DNA of 64,000 nucleotides from Candidatus Eiseniibacteriota bacterium (GTDB lineage Bacteria; Eisenbacteria; RBG-16-71-46): NCBI GenBank assembly GCA_963744995.1, contig CAVUWA010000011.1, positions 288,001 to 352,000 of the forward strand, read 5' to 3'. Shown piece by piece: positions 19,054 to 28,016 of this stretch (position 1 is its first letter; each line of letters starts with the position of its first letter). The notes under the pieces were generated by a model. It saw only the letters and a program-made list of their open reading frames with translations, ran no database searches and was not told where the DNA came from. The position numbers and the translations under genes were made by a program.

Positions 19054-21906
19054 TCATCGAATGCGGACGAATTCCACGCGGCGATTCACGCGCCGGCCCT
19101 CGGCGGTGGCGTTGTCGGCCATCGGATCGGCCTCGCCGCGGCCCTCGACGACGAGCTGATCGCGCTGTACGCCCTGGGCGAACATCATGTCTGCAACCGT
19201 CGCGGCACGTGACCGCGAGAGCTGCAGGTTGACCGAGGCGGGGCCGCGATCGTCGGTGTGCCCGACGATCCTCACCATGGCCTCGGGAACGGCGCGCAAC
19301 GCCGCGGCGAGGGCGTTCACGCGCGCGGCGCCGGCTGCATCCAGACCGGCGCTGCGCGTCGCGAAGACGATCTCGGGAAATACGCGGGTGACGCCGACCG
19401 GCAGGATCGCGTCGAGACTGGCCCGCGCGGCGTCCGGCCGCGCTGCGGCCTCGTCCGACAGCGTCGCCACCGCCCCTTCGAGCGCAGTCAGCTTGTCCAT
19501 GACCTCGGGCGACGTGCCGGCCGCCGGTCGCGTCACCGCCACCGTTTCAGGCGCCGCGCCGGCCGCAGTCACGGCAGGCTCCGCCGGGGCCGCGGTAGCG
19601 CCGCGCTGTGCGAGCCGGGCTTCCAGGACGGCGATGCGCGCGGCGAGCTCGGACGTGTCACTCGCCCGCGGCGTGACCACGGTGGTTGCGCCCTGAGCCG
19701 CCGGCCGCGCCGTTTCGGGCCGGTCGACGAGCATCTGCTGCCTTGCCTCCAGCGCCTGCAATCGTGCGGTCGTTTCGGCCAGGCGCTGCCGATCGGCGAG
19801 GAGCATCTGCCGCAGGTCATCGGCCGAAGCTCGCGCCAGCGCAGAGTCCTGGGCGGCCCGCCTCGCCGCCTGGCTGCGATCCATCAGCACCTGCTGTCTC
19901 GCCTCCAGCGCCTCGAGGCGCGCAGCTTCCGCCTGCCGGCTCCGGGTCACGGAGTCCGGCTGGGGCGCGGCCATCCGGTCGAGCAACGCCAGGCGCTCCG
20001 CCTCGGCCCGCTGGGCGCGTGCCTCGAGCATCGCCCCGCGCGCCTTCTCGACCTCGAGCGCGGTGCGCAGCGAGTCCGTTGCCGGACCCCATGCCGCGCG
20101 GCCGGGCGTGGCCAGCGTGTCGTTCATGGTCCCGGGGGTGCTCCGAGCCGGTGACGCCGCGCTGGCCCGCGGGGGGACCGGAACGACCTCCGGACGCATC
20201 GGGAGCATGGCGTCGCGCGTCCCGTCCGCCGGCGATGCCCGGCCCGTGGAGTCCGGGGCGACGCCGAACGGCATGTCCTGCGGTGCGGGCCGCATCGCGC
20301 CCCCGTCTCCGATCCAGCGCCGCTGGAGCTGGTCGGGACAGCCATCGAAGTCGTAGTAGCCGTTGTAGGTCTCCGGATCATTCGGGCACTGGTCGCGAAG
20401 GTCGGGAATGCCATCCTGGTCGTTGTCGAGGTCCGGACAGCCATCGAAGTCCTGGAAGCCGTCCCAGTCCTCGGCCTGTAGCGGACACTGATCCGAGATG
20501 TCCGGAATGCCATCACGGTCGGTGTCGGTCAGCGGACCCACCGCGCTCGCCGCGGGCGGCGTGGTGACCGCGCGTGGAGCGATCGCACCCGGAGCAGGGG
20601 CCGCCGCGGGCGCGGGCGTCCGGGGCCTTGCCGCCGCAGTGTCCGGCTTCGCGGGCGCCTCCTGCACGTCGCGTCGCTCCATGATCTCACGCTGCTGCCG
20701 CTCCTTCTCTGCGGCCAGGCTGTCTCGCGTCGCCGCCGCGGCATCGATCACAGGCGTCGTAGCGGCGGGCGCCGTGGGCGCCGGAGCCACGGCCATCGGC
20801 ACAGCGACCGGCGCGGCCGTTGCCAGCAGGTCCTCGGCCTTCGCGCTCGCGCCGCGATAGACGGTTCCGAGCGAGATCGCTACGCGCCACTGATCCTTCG
20901 AAAAGGCCCGGCCCGGATCGAAGGCCGTCGCGGGATCGTCATCCGACACGTTGAAGCTCCAGGCGCCGCCGATCGATACGCCTCCCGGCAGCCAGAAGCG
21001 TACGCCCGGGGTGACCACGATGCGGCTCTCCCGGCCCTTGATGAAGGTGCGGTCGTGGACGAACTGGTTCGTCACGACCTCTCCGAACAGCGTCATGCGC
21101 GGCAGGTCGATCTCGGCCGCCGCGCCGAGTGTCAGGTAGTCGTTGTCGCGGTTGTGGGCCGGCGTGGGCACCTCCAGGGGGAGCGGTGTCTGAGGCAGGA
21201 TGTAGCGCGATTCATCCCCCTGGAAGGTGTACCCCGCGTTGCCGTGGAGCCGCAGCGGGACGCCCGTGCCGGCACGCAGCCCGTCCCACGTCACCATGCT
21301 GCGGCCGGTGTAGTTGTTTTCGCTCGTGGTGTAGAGCTGGGTGGGGGCACGGCCCGGGTACGTGGACACGTCGTCGTTTCCAGTCGCGAACAGAACCTCG
21401 CCCTCGACGCCCCATCGCATGCCGGGCAGCAGGAGGGGTCCGGTCCAGCGCAGGCGCGCGGCGACGTCGCCCAGCTTCGGTTTCAGTTCGCTGTCGTTCG
21501 GCGCCGAGCGGGAGCCCACGGTCGTGTAGTCGTTGTAGAACGGCACCATTCCCGAGATTTCGAACCCCCCGGGCAGGCCGAACACGGCGTTGGCGCCGCC
21601 GATCAAATCGTTGAGCTGAGTGTTGGCCGAGTCACGCAGACCGAGCCTCTGGTAGGTCGCGAAGAAACCCAGCTCGAGACGTGCAGGCCGGTGACTTTCG
21701 GCGCTCTGCACCTCCCAGACACCGGTCCCGCCTCGCTCGGAGAGCGCGGCCCGGGCCGGCGCGGGGCAAATCAGAATGGCCGCCAGGACCATCGCCAGCG
21801 GCGCGATGGACGTGTGCGGGCGCGCGATATGAGGCAAGGGGTTCCTCCTTGGATTGCGGATCCTTTGAGAGGGATGGCAGCGCAACCGCCACCCGTGCTT
21901 CTTCAC
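19054..21906 (-). CDS. Large OmpA/OprF-like protein (N-terminal barrel-like region, thrombospondin type-3 repeats, long spacer, OmpA_C domain)
   Basis: DTDRDGIPD...DGCPD repeats; VGHTDDRG, NLQLSRSRA, GRRVNRRVEF; true start probably downstream of 21906. Confidence 0.85.
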   Translation of the reverse strand: MKKHGWRLRCHPSQRIRNPRRNPLPHIARPHTSIAPLAMVLAAILICPAPARAALSERGGTGVWEVQSAESHRPARLELGFFATYQRLGLRDSANTQLNDLIGGANAVFGLPGGFEISGMVPFYNDYTTVGSRSAPNDSELKPKLGDVAARLRWTGPLLLPGMRWGVEGEVLFATGNDDVSTYPGRAPTQLYTTSENNYTGRSMVTWDGLRAGTGVPLRLHGNAGYTFQGDESRYILPQTPLPLEVPTPAHNRDNDYLTLGAAAEIDLPRMTLFGEVVTNQFVHDRTFIKGRESRIVVTPGVRFWLPGGVSIGGAWSFNVSDDDPATAFDPGRAFSKDQWRVAISLGTVYRGASAKAEDLLATAAPVAVPMAVAPAPTAPAATTPVIDAAAATRDSLAAEKERQQREIMERRDVQEAPAKPDTAAARPRTPAPAAAPAPGAIAPRAVTTPPAASAVGPLTDTDRDGIPDISDQCPLQAEDWDGFQDFDGCPDLDNDQDGIPDLRDQCPNDPETYNGYYDFDGCPDQLQRRWIGDGGAMRPAPQDMPFGVAPDSTGRASPADGTRDAMLPMRPEVVPVPPRASAASPARSTPGTMNDTLATPGRAAWGPATDSLRTALEVEKARGAMLEARAQRAEAERLALLDRMAAPQPDSVTRSRQAEAARLEALEARQQVLMDRSQAARRAAQDSALARASADDLRQMLLADRQRLAETTARLQALEARQQMLVDRPETARPAAQGATTVVTPRASDTSELAARIAVLEARLAQRGATAAPAEPAVTAAGAAPETVAVTRPAAGTSPEVMDKLTALEGAVATLSDEAAARPDAARASLDAILPVGVTRVFPEIVFATRSAGLDAAGAARVNALAAALRAVPEAMVRIVGHTDDRGPASVNLQLSRSRAATVADMMFAQGVQRDQLVVEGRGEADPMADNATAEGRRVNRRVEFVRIR

Positions 21907-22006
21907 TCTCTTGGACCGGGCCAGGAGGCCCTCGCGTCACGAGTTTTCTCGGGGGCGTCCCCGCGCGGGACGCACAACGTTCCGAGCGGAGGCGGGGGTC
22001 TGCTGG

Positions 22007-22861
22007 CTAGGCGGCCGGCCGGTCCCCCGGGGGTGGCGTGGCGCGCTGGATGACTTCGACGCCCGATTCGAGGACGCGCTCGTATGGGACGAGCCACGTG
22101 CGTCCCGCGTTGCGGATGGTCAGGAAGATCTGTCCGACGGCGGCCACTTCGCCGTCGATGTCGCCGAGCCGGATGCGATCGCCGACATGCAGATCGCGCC
22201 GCGCATAGACGCCGCTGATCGTGTTCTGCGCCACGCGCCGCGTACCCAGGGCCGCCGTCACGGCGAGGCCCACGCCCAGCGATGCGAGGATGACGGCGAT
22301 CGCCGTGGTGACGATCGTGAAGTCGAGCCCCACCCCCGAGAGCGCGATCACCAGGGTGACGAGGGCGACCAGGTAGTAGGCCCCGGCGCCCAGCGCCCGC
22401 GCCGAAATGAACCGGGAGCGTTCGGCAACGCCCTCCAACGTGCGGCGGGCCGTACCGGCCAGCGCGAAGCCCAGCAGCAGGATGAGGACGACGAGGGCGA
22501 GGTTGGGAAGGAACCCGATCAGCCGCGCGATGCTCGTCGACACCACGGGAAGTCCGAGCACGTCGGCGCCGGCAAGCAGAAAGACCGCCAGGACCGCCCA
22601 GAACACGACGAAGCCCGCCAGGTGTGACGCTGGATTCTCGTGGCCGAGGCGCACCAGGGTGCGGCCGACGCCGGTGCGGTCGACGAGGCGGTCGAGCCCT
22701 GCGCGCCGCAACACGCCGCGCACGATGACCTGGAGCACATAGGCGACGAGCATGCCGACCACCAGCAGCAAGAGGGTCAGGGCGAGCAGCGGCAACACGG
22801 CGGTGAGCTGATCCAGCATCCGCGCGGAAGCGTGACGCAGCAGCGATCCCCAGTCGTTCAT
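22007..22861 (-). CDS. CmpX-like small mechanosensitive channel protein
   Basis: TM-helix repeats, GLDRLVDRTG, ISGVYARRDLHVGDRIRLGDIDGEV. Confidence 0.8.
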   Translation of the reverse strand: MNDWGSLLRHASARMLDQLTAVLPLLALTLLLLVVGMLVAYVLQVIVRGVLRRAGLDRLVDRTGVGRTLVRLGHENPASHLAGFVVFWAVLAVFLLAGADVLGLPVVSTSIARLIGFLPNLALVVLILLLGFALAGTARRTLEGVAERSRFISARALGAGAYYLVALVTLVIALSGVGLDFTIVTTAIAVILASLGVGLAVTAALGTRRVAQNTISGVYARRDLHVGDRIRLGDIDGEVAAVGQIFLTIRNAGRTWLVPYERVLESGVEVIQRATPPPGDRPAA

Positions 22862-23121
22862 CAGCGGCGCTCCTCCCTGGTCTCTGGTCCCGCCACCGCG
22901 TCGCGCGGCGACATGACTTCCACGAGCACATCGAAAAACGCGCGGGCGGCGCCGGCGGCGCTGTCCACCATGAGAATGACGAGGTCCTCGGTCGCGACCT
23001 GCTTCTCGACCTCCTCGATGGCCCGCAGGGCCTGCTCCACCCGCGGCACCCCGATGGCGGCACGCAGGGCGTCGCGCTCCTTCGGATCGAGGGGCAGGTC
23101 GTCGCCGGCCGGCACGTGCAT
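22861..23121 (-). CDS. Small CrfX-like protein (candidate anti-sigma factor)
   Basis: 86 aa between ECF sigma and cmpX-like gene; KQVATEDLVIL resembles CrfX as remembered. Confidence 0.5.
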   Translation of the reverse strand: MHVPAGDDLPLDPKERDALRAAIGVPRVEQALRAIEEVEKQVATEDLVILMVDSAAGAARAFFDVLVEVMSPRDAVAGPETREERR

Positions 23122-23132
23122 GGGTGTCTCCC

Positions 23133-23876
23133 TCAGCGGTTCAGCCGTTTGCGCAGCCGGTTTCGCGCGCGCAGTGCGCGCATCCGTACTGCGCCCGCGG
23201 ACATCTCCAGTGCTTCGCCGATTTCATCGTAGCCATAACCCTCCAGCTCGTGCATGACGAGCACGATGCGATCCTCCACGTCGAGCCGGGCCAGCGCCGC
23301 GCGCAGGTCCGGCGATGACGTCTCGGCGCGCTCCCGCGCGCGCCAGGGCCGCCATTGCTGCATGAGCACCGGATCCGAGAGCACCTCGTCGAGCAGCCGT
23401 CGCCTGCGGGTGCGGCTGGCCAGCCGGCTCAGGGCGGCTCGGCGCGCGACCTGGTAGAGCCACGTCGTGAACTTCGATTCGAACCGGTAGCTGAGCAAGT
23501 ACCGGTGCACCTTGAGAAAGGTGTCCTGCACGGCCTCTTCGGCGTCCTGATCGTTCAGCAGAATGGCCTGGCTCACCGCCCACACCCGCGCCCAGTACCG
23601 GCTCATGAGGCGTGAAAAAGCGCGCGTGCCGTGCGGGTACTCCTCGAACACGGCGTCGAGAAGCTCGCGTTCGTCCTCCGCGTCAGCCGCAGGGGGGGCG
23701 GAACGCGACGACGGGTCGGCCGTACCCTCGAGGCCGAGAAGCACGATCTCGGCGAGGACACGATCGAGCCGCTCCCACCAGTCGGCACGAAACCGAAGAA
23801 ACGGTTCCGTTCCCTTCAGGCACTCCACCCATGGGACCGGCCCCGGGGGCGGTCGTGTCACGGCCTTGCGCGTCAC
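23133..23876 (-). CDS. ECF sigma factor, SigX-like
   Basis: DAEEAVQDTFLK, SKFTTWLYQVA, region 4 GYDEIGEALEMSAGAVRMR; start uncertain. Confidence 0.88.
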   Translation of the reverse strand: MTRKAVTRPPPGPVPWVECLKGTEPFLRFRADWWERLDRVLAEIVLLGLEGTADPSSRSAPPAADAEDERELLDAVFEEYPHGTRAFSRLMSRYWARVWAVSQAILLNDQDAEEAVQDTFLKVHRYLLSYRFESKFTTWLYQVARRAALSRLASRTRRRRLLDEVLSDPVLMQQWRPWRARERAETSSPDLRAALARLDVEDRIVLVMHELEGYGYDEIGEALEMSAGAVRMRALRARNRLRKRLNR

Positions 23877-23971
23877 GTGGACAGACTATCACGCGCACGT
23901 CCGGCCAGACCCGCCTCGAGGGCGGATCTGGCCGGCGCCGGATGCGGGGGTTTGCGCGCGGGGCGCGCCCT

Positions 23972-24577
23972 TCAGCGGCTCTCGGCCTTCAACTGCCCCC
24001 ACGACGTGCGGCGCGTGTCGGTCGCACCGACCACGATGACCACGCCTCGCATCTGGAAGCTCTCGTGGATCCGGCAGAAGAACGGGAAACGACCCACCGA
24101 GTTGTACTGCCACTGGAACAACGGGTTCGCCGCGTCGAGCGGCGCGTCGAAGATCATACCCGCGTCCGCATCAATGGATTGGACACCGCTGGTCACGGTG
24201 TGAGAGCCGACCAGCTGCTGCCAGGCGACGATGTCGCCGACGCCGATCACGACCGAATCGACTGCCGTGCCGACCAGATCCCCGTCGTAGTCGAACTTGG
24301 TCGAGATGGCGCGGAAGGTGACGACGGGCACGCCCTGCGCGCTCGTGCCCACGATCGGGTGTTCGGCGAACCAGGCATCCACCGCGGCCTGCATCTCTTC
24401 GTCGGTCATCTCCTGGTCGGACATGTGATGCATGCCGGGGTGACCCATGGATTCCGCGGCGACCGTCTCGGCTGCGGAAGGGCGGCGTGCGGACAGTGCG
24501 GCGATCACCAGAATCGCGGCCACGCCGGCGAGGAGAAATTTGAACAGCGCGTGGACTCGGGGGGCACGGCTGAGCAT
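23972..24577 (-). CDS. Secreted cupredoxin with C-terminal TSWGQLK tail
   Basis: Signal peptide, HTVTSG and FCRIHESFQM type-1 Cu ligand pattern. Confidence 0.75.
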   Translation of the reverse strand: MLSRAPRVHALFKFLLAGVAAILVIAALSARRPSAAETVAAESMGHPGMHHMSDQEMTDEEMQAAVDAWFAEHPIVGTSAQGVPVVTFRAISTKFDYDGDLVGTAVDSVVIGVGDIVAWQQLVGSHTVTSGVQSIDADAGMIFDAPLDAANPLFQWQYNSVGRFPFFCRIHESFQMRGVVIVVGATDTRRTSWGQLKAESR

Positions 24578-24771
24578 GGCAAGGCCTCACGGGGTGCGGG
24601 GACAGGGCTGTCGGGCAAACGTCGGTCGGCCGTCGTGGCCTCGGGTGAGCGAAAAGGATAGCACGGCGCACCGCATTCATGGCCCCGGAATCGTCGCGGA
24701 GCGCCCTGTTTCGGGCATATTTAGCGCTTTTGGGCGGAGGGCCGCGGCCCGGCGCGCGGCGGTGGCGCGCA

Positions 24772-25113
24772 TCAGTCCTCGCCCGGGACCGCTCTCCCGC
24801 GCTTCTTTTCGGAAAGGCGGCGCTTTTCCGCCAGCCGCGATTCGACCGCGGTCCGGGTCGGGCGCGTCGGGCGGCGTGGTTTCGGCTTTCGCCGCCGTTT
24901 CTCGAGCGCCTCGAAGACCCGCTCGAGTGCGAGCTCGCGGTTGCGGGTCTGCGAGCGGTGCTCGGTCGCGATGCGCACGATTCCGCTCGGCCGGTGGCGC
25001 ACGCGCACGCTCGACTCGGTCTTGTTCTTCTTCTGCCCACCGGGACCCGAGGAGCGGAAGGCGGTGACCTCGCAGTCGCGCGCGAGGCGTTCGAGATGTT
25101 CGGGGAGCGGCAT
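24772..25113 (-). CDS. arfB: ArfB/YaeJ-like ribosome rescue peptidyl-tRNA hydrolase
   Basis: RSSGPGGQ motif and basic tail KPRRPTRPTR...RLAEKRRLSEKK. Confidence 0.8.
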   Translation of the reverse strand: MPLPEHLERLARDCEVTAFRSSGPGGQKKNKTESSVRVRHRPSGIVRIATEHRSQTRNRELALERVFEALEKRRRKPKPRRPTRPTRTAVESRLAEKRRLSEKKRGRAVPGED

Positions 25114-25189
25114 GGCGGTCTCGAAAGCGGGAAGCCGCGGCGCGCCGTGCGCCGCGGCTCCGGATCTTCGGGGCTGGTCCCCGCGATGT

Positions 25190-26038
25190 CTACTGCGCGA
25201 CCACCACGCGCTTCGCGCTCTGGTAGCCGGGCAAAATCAGCTGCACGAAGTAGACCCCGGGGCTCGCCCTGCGCCCCATGCGATCGCGGCCATCCCACGA
25301 GGCGCCGTAGGTGCCGGCCGCCAGGGTTTCGTCCAGCAGGCTCACGACCATGCGGCCGCTGGCGTCGAGCACCATCGCGCGCGCAGGCCCGCGCTCACGC
25401 AACGCGAAGCGGAACGAGGTGCCGCGCTGCGTCGGGTTGGGCGCAAGCGCGCTGGTGAAGCCGACGGCGTCCGTCACGCCGGTGAGCGGTGTCACCCCGA
25501 CCGGTGCGTCGACGACCACCACACCGCGCATGTTGAAGCTCTCATGGACGCGGCAGAAGTACGGGAACGTGCCGGCCTGGTTGAACTGGTAGTCGAACAC
25601 CGGAGTCGTCCCGTCGAGCGGCACGTCGAACAGCAGCCCCGCGTCCACGGCGGCCGAACTGTCGCCGCTGGTCACCGTGTGGGTGCCGATCAGCCGCTGC
25701 CAGCGCACGATCTCGCCGACCATGACGTGCGCGGTGTCGATGGGAGTCCCCGCGAGGTCGCCGTCGATATCGAAGTTCAGCGAGAACGCCTTGATGGTGA
25801 CGGCCGGGATTCCCTCCGCCGCGGCGGGCCTGACGGCCGGATGGGCCGCGTAGTACTCGCTCACCCACTGCGCCATGGCCTGGTCGGTCATCGGCACGCC
25901 GATGTCGTGGTTGTCGGGCAGCATCCGATGCGCGTAGCCCCCTGCGATCGGAGCATCAGCCGGAGCAAACAGAACGGCAGCAGCGGCAAACGCGAAAAGG
26001 AGGGCTGGGCGCAGGGATTGGACGTAGCGCTGATTCAT
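25190..26038 (-). CDS. Secreted cupredoxin with C-terminal FlgD-Ig-like domain
   Basis: HTVTSG, FCRVHESFNM; C-terminal APNP...WDGRD...PGVYF. Confidence 0.8.
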   Translation of the reverse strand: MNQRYVQSLRPALLFAFAAAAVLFAPADAPIAGGYAHRMLPDNHDIGVPMTDQAMAQWVSEYYAAHPAVRPAAAEGIPAVTIKAFSLNFDIDGDLAGTPIDTAHVMVGEIVRWQRLIGTHTVTSGDSSAAVDAGLLFDVPLDGTTPVFDYQFNQAGTFPYFCRVHESFNMRGVVVVDAPVGVTPLTGVTDAVGFTSALAPNPTQRGTSFRFALRERGPARAMVLDASGRMVVSLLDETLAAGTYGASWDGRDRMGRRASPGVYFVQLILPGYQSAKRVVVAQ

Positions 26039-26614
26039 CGGCGAGGCCTCCCCGCGGATGTCGGGCGGAGGTGGGGGGACTGGAGATGGCGACCATGCCG
26101 GAACGCCGGAAAGGATACACCGATCGAGCCGGGCGATACCAGCGGAAGATACGTATTGACTGTCGGTTCCGGGGGCGGGCCCGGATCGTGGACGGGCTCC
26201 GCGGCAGGGCGGGACGGGCCCGGGTCGCCCGCATCCGGCCGCACGCTTCGCCGGAAGGCCTTGAGGGGCAACGGATCGCGCCGAACGGGCCAGACCCCGT
26301 CTCGCCGGCGGGGCCGGCCGTCCGCGCCCGATCATCCGGCGCCGGCCGCATGCCCCGGCCTTCCAACGCCCACCGCCTTCAACCCTCGGGGCGCGGCGGG
26401 CGTCTTACCCGGGGCAGGCCCCGACACGACCAAAGGGGTTTGGCCTCGGGCGACGCGAGTCGACCGCGGGGCCTGCAACTTCACGGCGCGCCCGCGCGTG
26501 AGTCCCGGGAGCGGCCGCGGGCCCCTGCCGGTTGTGGCCCCTGCGATCGCGCCCGTAGACTGCCTCGCCGAATACGTTTCCGCCCGTTCATCCCACTCCA
26601 CCCCGGAGGCTTTC

Positions 26615-28012
26615 ATGCGCCTCGTCCGGATCGCCGCGCTGCCGCTCGCGCTGGCGTTCGCGGTCCTCGCCGCTCCGCCCGCCCTGCACGCGCAGGGCGC
26701 CCAACCGGCGTCGCCGATCAACGAGAAGAACTTCAAGGTCCAACGCCACGTGCTCGACAACGGCCTGGTCGTACTGCTGCACGAGGACCACAGCGTGCCC
26801 GCGGTGACCTTCTGGCAGTGGTACAAAGTCGGCTCGCGCAACGAGCACCCGGGCATCACCGGGCTGTCGCACTTCTTCGAGCACATGATGTTCAACGGCT
26901 CGACGAACGTGCCGCCCAAGGAATACGACCGCATCATCGAGTCCAACGGCGGCACCTCGAACGCGTTCACCAGCCGCGACATGACGGGGTACTACGAGGA
27001 CATCGCCTCGGACCGCGTGAACGTGCTGTTCCGGCTCGACTCGGACCGCATGGCGGGCCTGCTGTTCGAGCCGAAGTTGGTGAAGAGCGAGATCGAGGTC
27101 GTGAAGGAAGAGCGCCGCCTGCGCACCGACAACAGCATCTTCGGGATGCTCGACGAGCAGATGTACGCCACCGCGTTCAACGCCTCGCCCTACAGCTGGC
27201 CGGTGATCGGCTGGATGCACGATCTGGAGACGGTGGGCCGCGACGACCTGCTGGCCTACTACAAGACCTATTACGCGCCGGACAACTGCATCCTGGTGCT
27301 GGCGGGCGACTTCGACAGCGCGAAGGCGCTGGGCGAGATCAAGGCGGCGTTCGGGCCGATCCCGGCGCAGCCGAAACCGCCGGCGCCGGTCAATTCGGAG
27401 CCCGAGCAGCGCGGCGAGCGCCGCGCCGACGTGCACTATCCGGCGCAGCAGGTGACGTTCATGGGCGGCTACAAGGCGCCGAGCGTCGCGAGCCCGGACA
27501 ACGTGGTGCTCGACGTGCTGTCGTCGATTCTCGGCGACGGCGAGTCGTCGCGTCTCCACCGCTCGCTGGTCTACGACCATCAGGTCGCGCTCGCCGCCGG
27601 CACCTACTACCAGACGGCGCTCGAACCGACGTTGTTCGAGTTCTACGTGATGATGAAGCCGGGCGAGACGGCCGACACCGGCATCGCGCTGGTGGATTCG
27701 GTGTTCGAGAAGATCCAGGACGAGGGCCCCACGCCGCACGAGCTGGAGAAGGCCCAGAACCTGCTCGAGGCGCAGTTCGTGAAGCAGCTCAAGACCAACA
27801 ACGGCGTCGGCCAGACGCTGGCCTTCTACGAACACATCTACGGCGACTACCACAAGATGTACTCGGCGATCGCCAGCTACCGCGCGGTCACGATCGAGGA
27901 CTGCAAGCGCGTCGCCAGGAAGTACTTCACGCCGCTGCACCGCACGATCGTGCAGATCGTTCCCGACGCCGACCCGACGGCGGCCGCCACGCCGCGCGGC
28001 GAGGAGGACTGA
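26615..28012 (+). CDS. M16 zinc peptidase, catalytic subunit
   Basis: GGAGG RBS, signal peptide, HFFEH (HxxEH), NAFTS. Confidence 0.92.
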   Translation: MRLVRIAALPLALAFAVLAAPPALHAQGAQPASPINEKNFKVQRHVLDNGLVVLLHEDHSVPAVTFWQWYKVGSRNEHPGITGLSHFFEHMMFNGSTNVPPKEYDRIIESNGGTSNAFTSRDMTGYYEDIASDRVNVLFRLDSDRMAGLLFEPKLVKSEIEVVKEERRLRTDNSIFGMLDEQMYATAFNASPYSWPVIGWMHDLETVGRDDLLAYYKTYYAPDNCILVLAGDFDSAKALGEIKAAFGPIPAQPKPPAPVNSEPEQRGERRADVHYPAQQVTFMGGYKAPSVASPDNVVLDVLSSILGDGESSRLHRSLVYDHQVALAAGTYYQTALEPTLFEFYVMMKPGETADTGIALVDSVFEKIQDEGPTPHELEKAQNLLEAQFVKQLKTNNGVGQTLAFYEHIYGDYHKMYSAIASYRAVTIEDCKRVARKYFTPLHRTIVQIVPDADPTAAATPRGEED

Positions 28013-28016
28013 CGCC

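Noticed and set aside
24941..26614. Apparent 1023-aa M16 fusion protein
   Set aside because: The N-terminal part is antisense to arfB and a cupredoxin; RBS and signal peptide place the start at 26615
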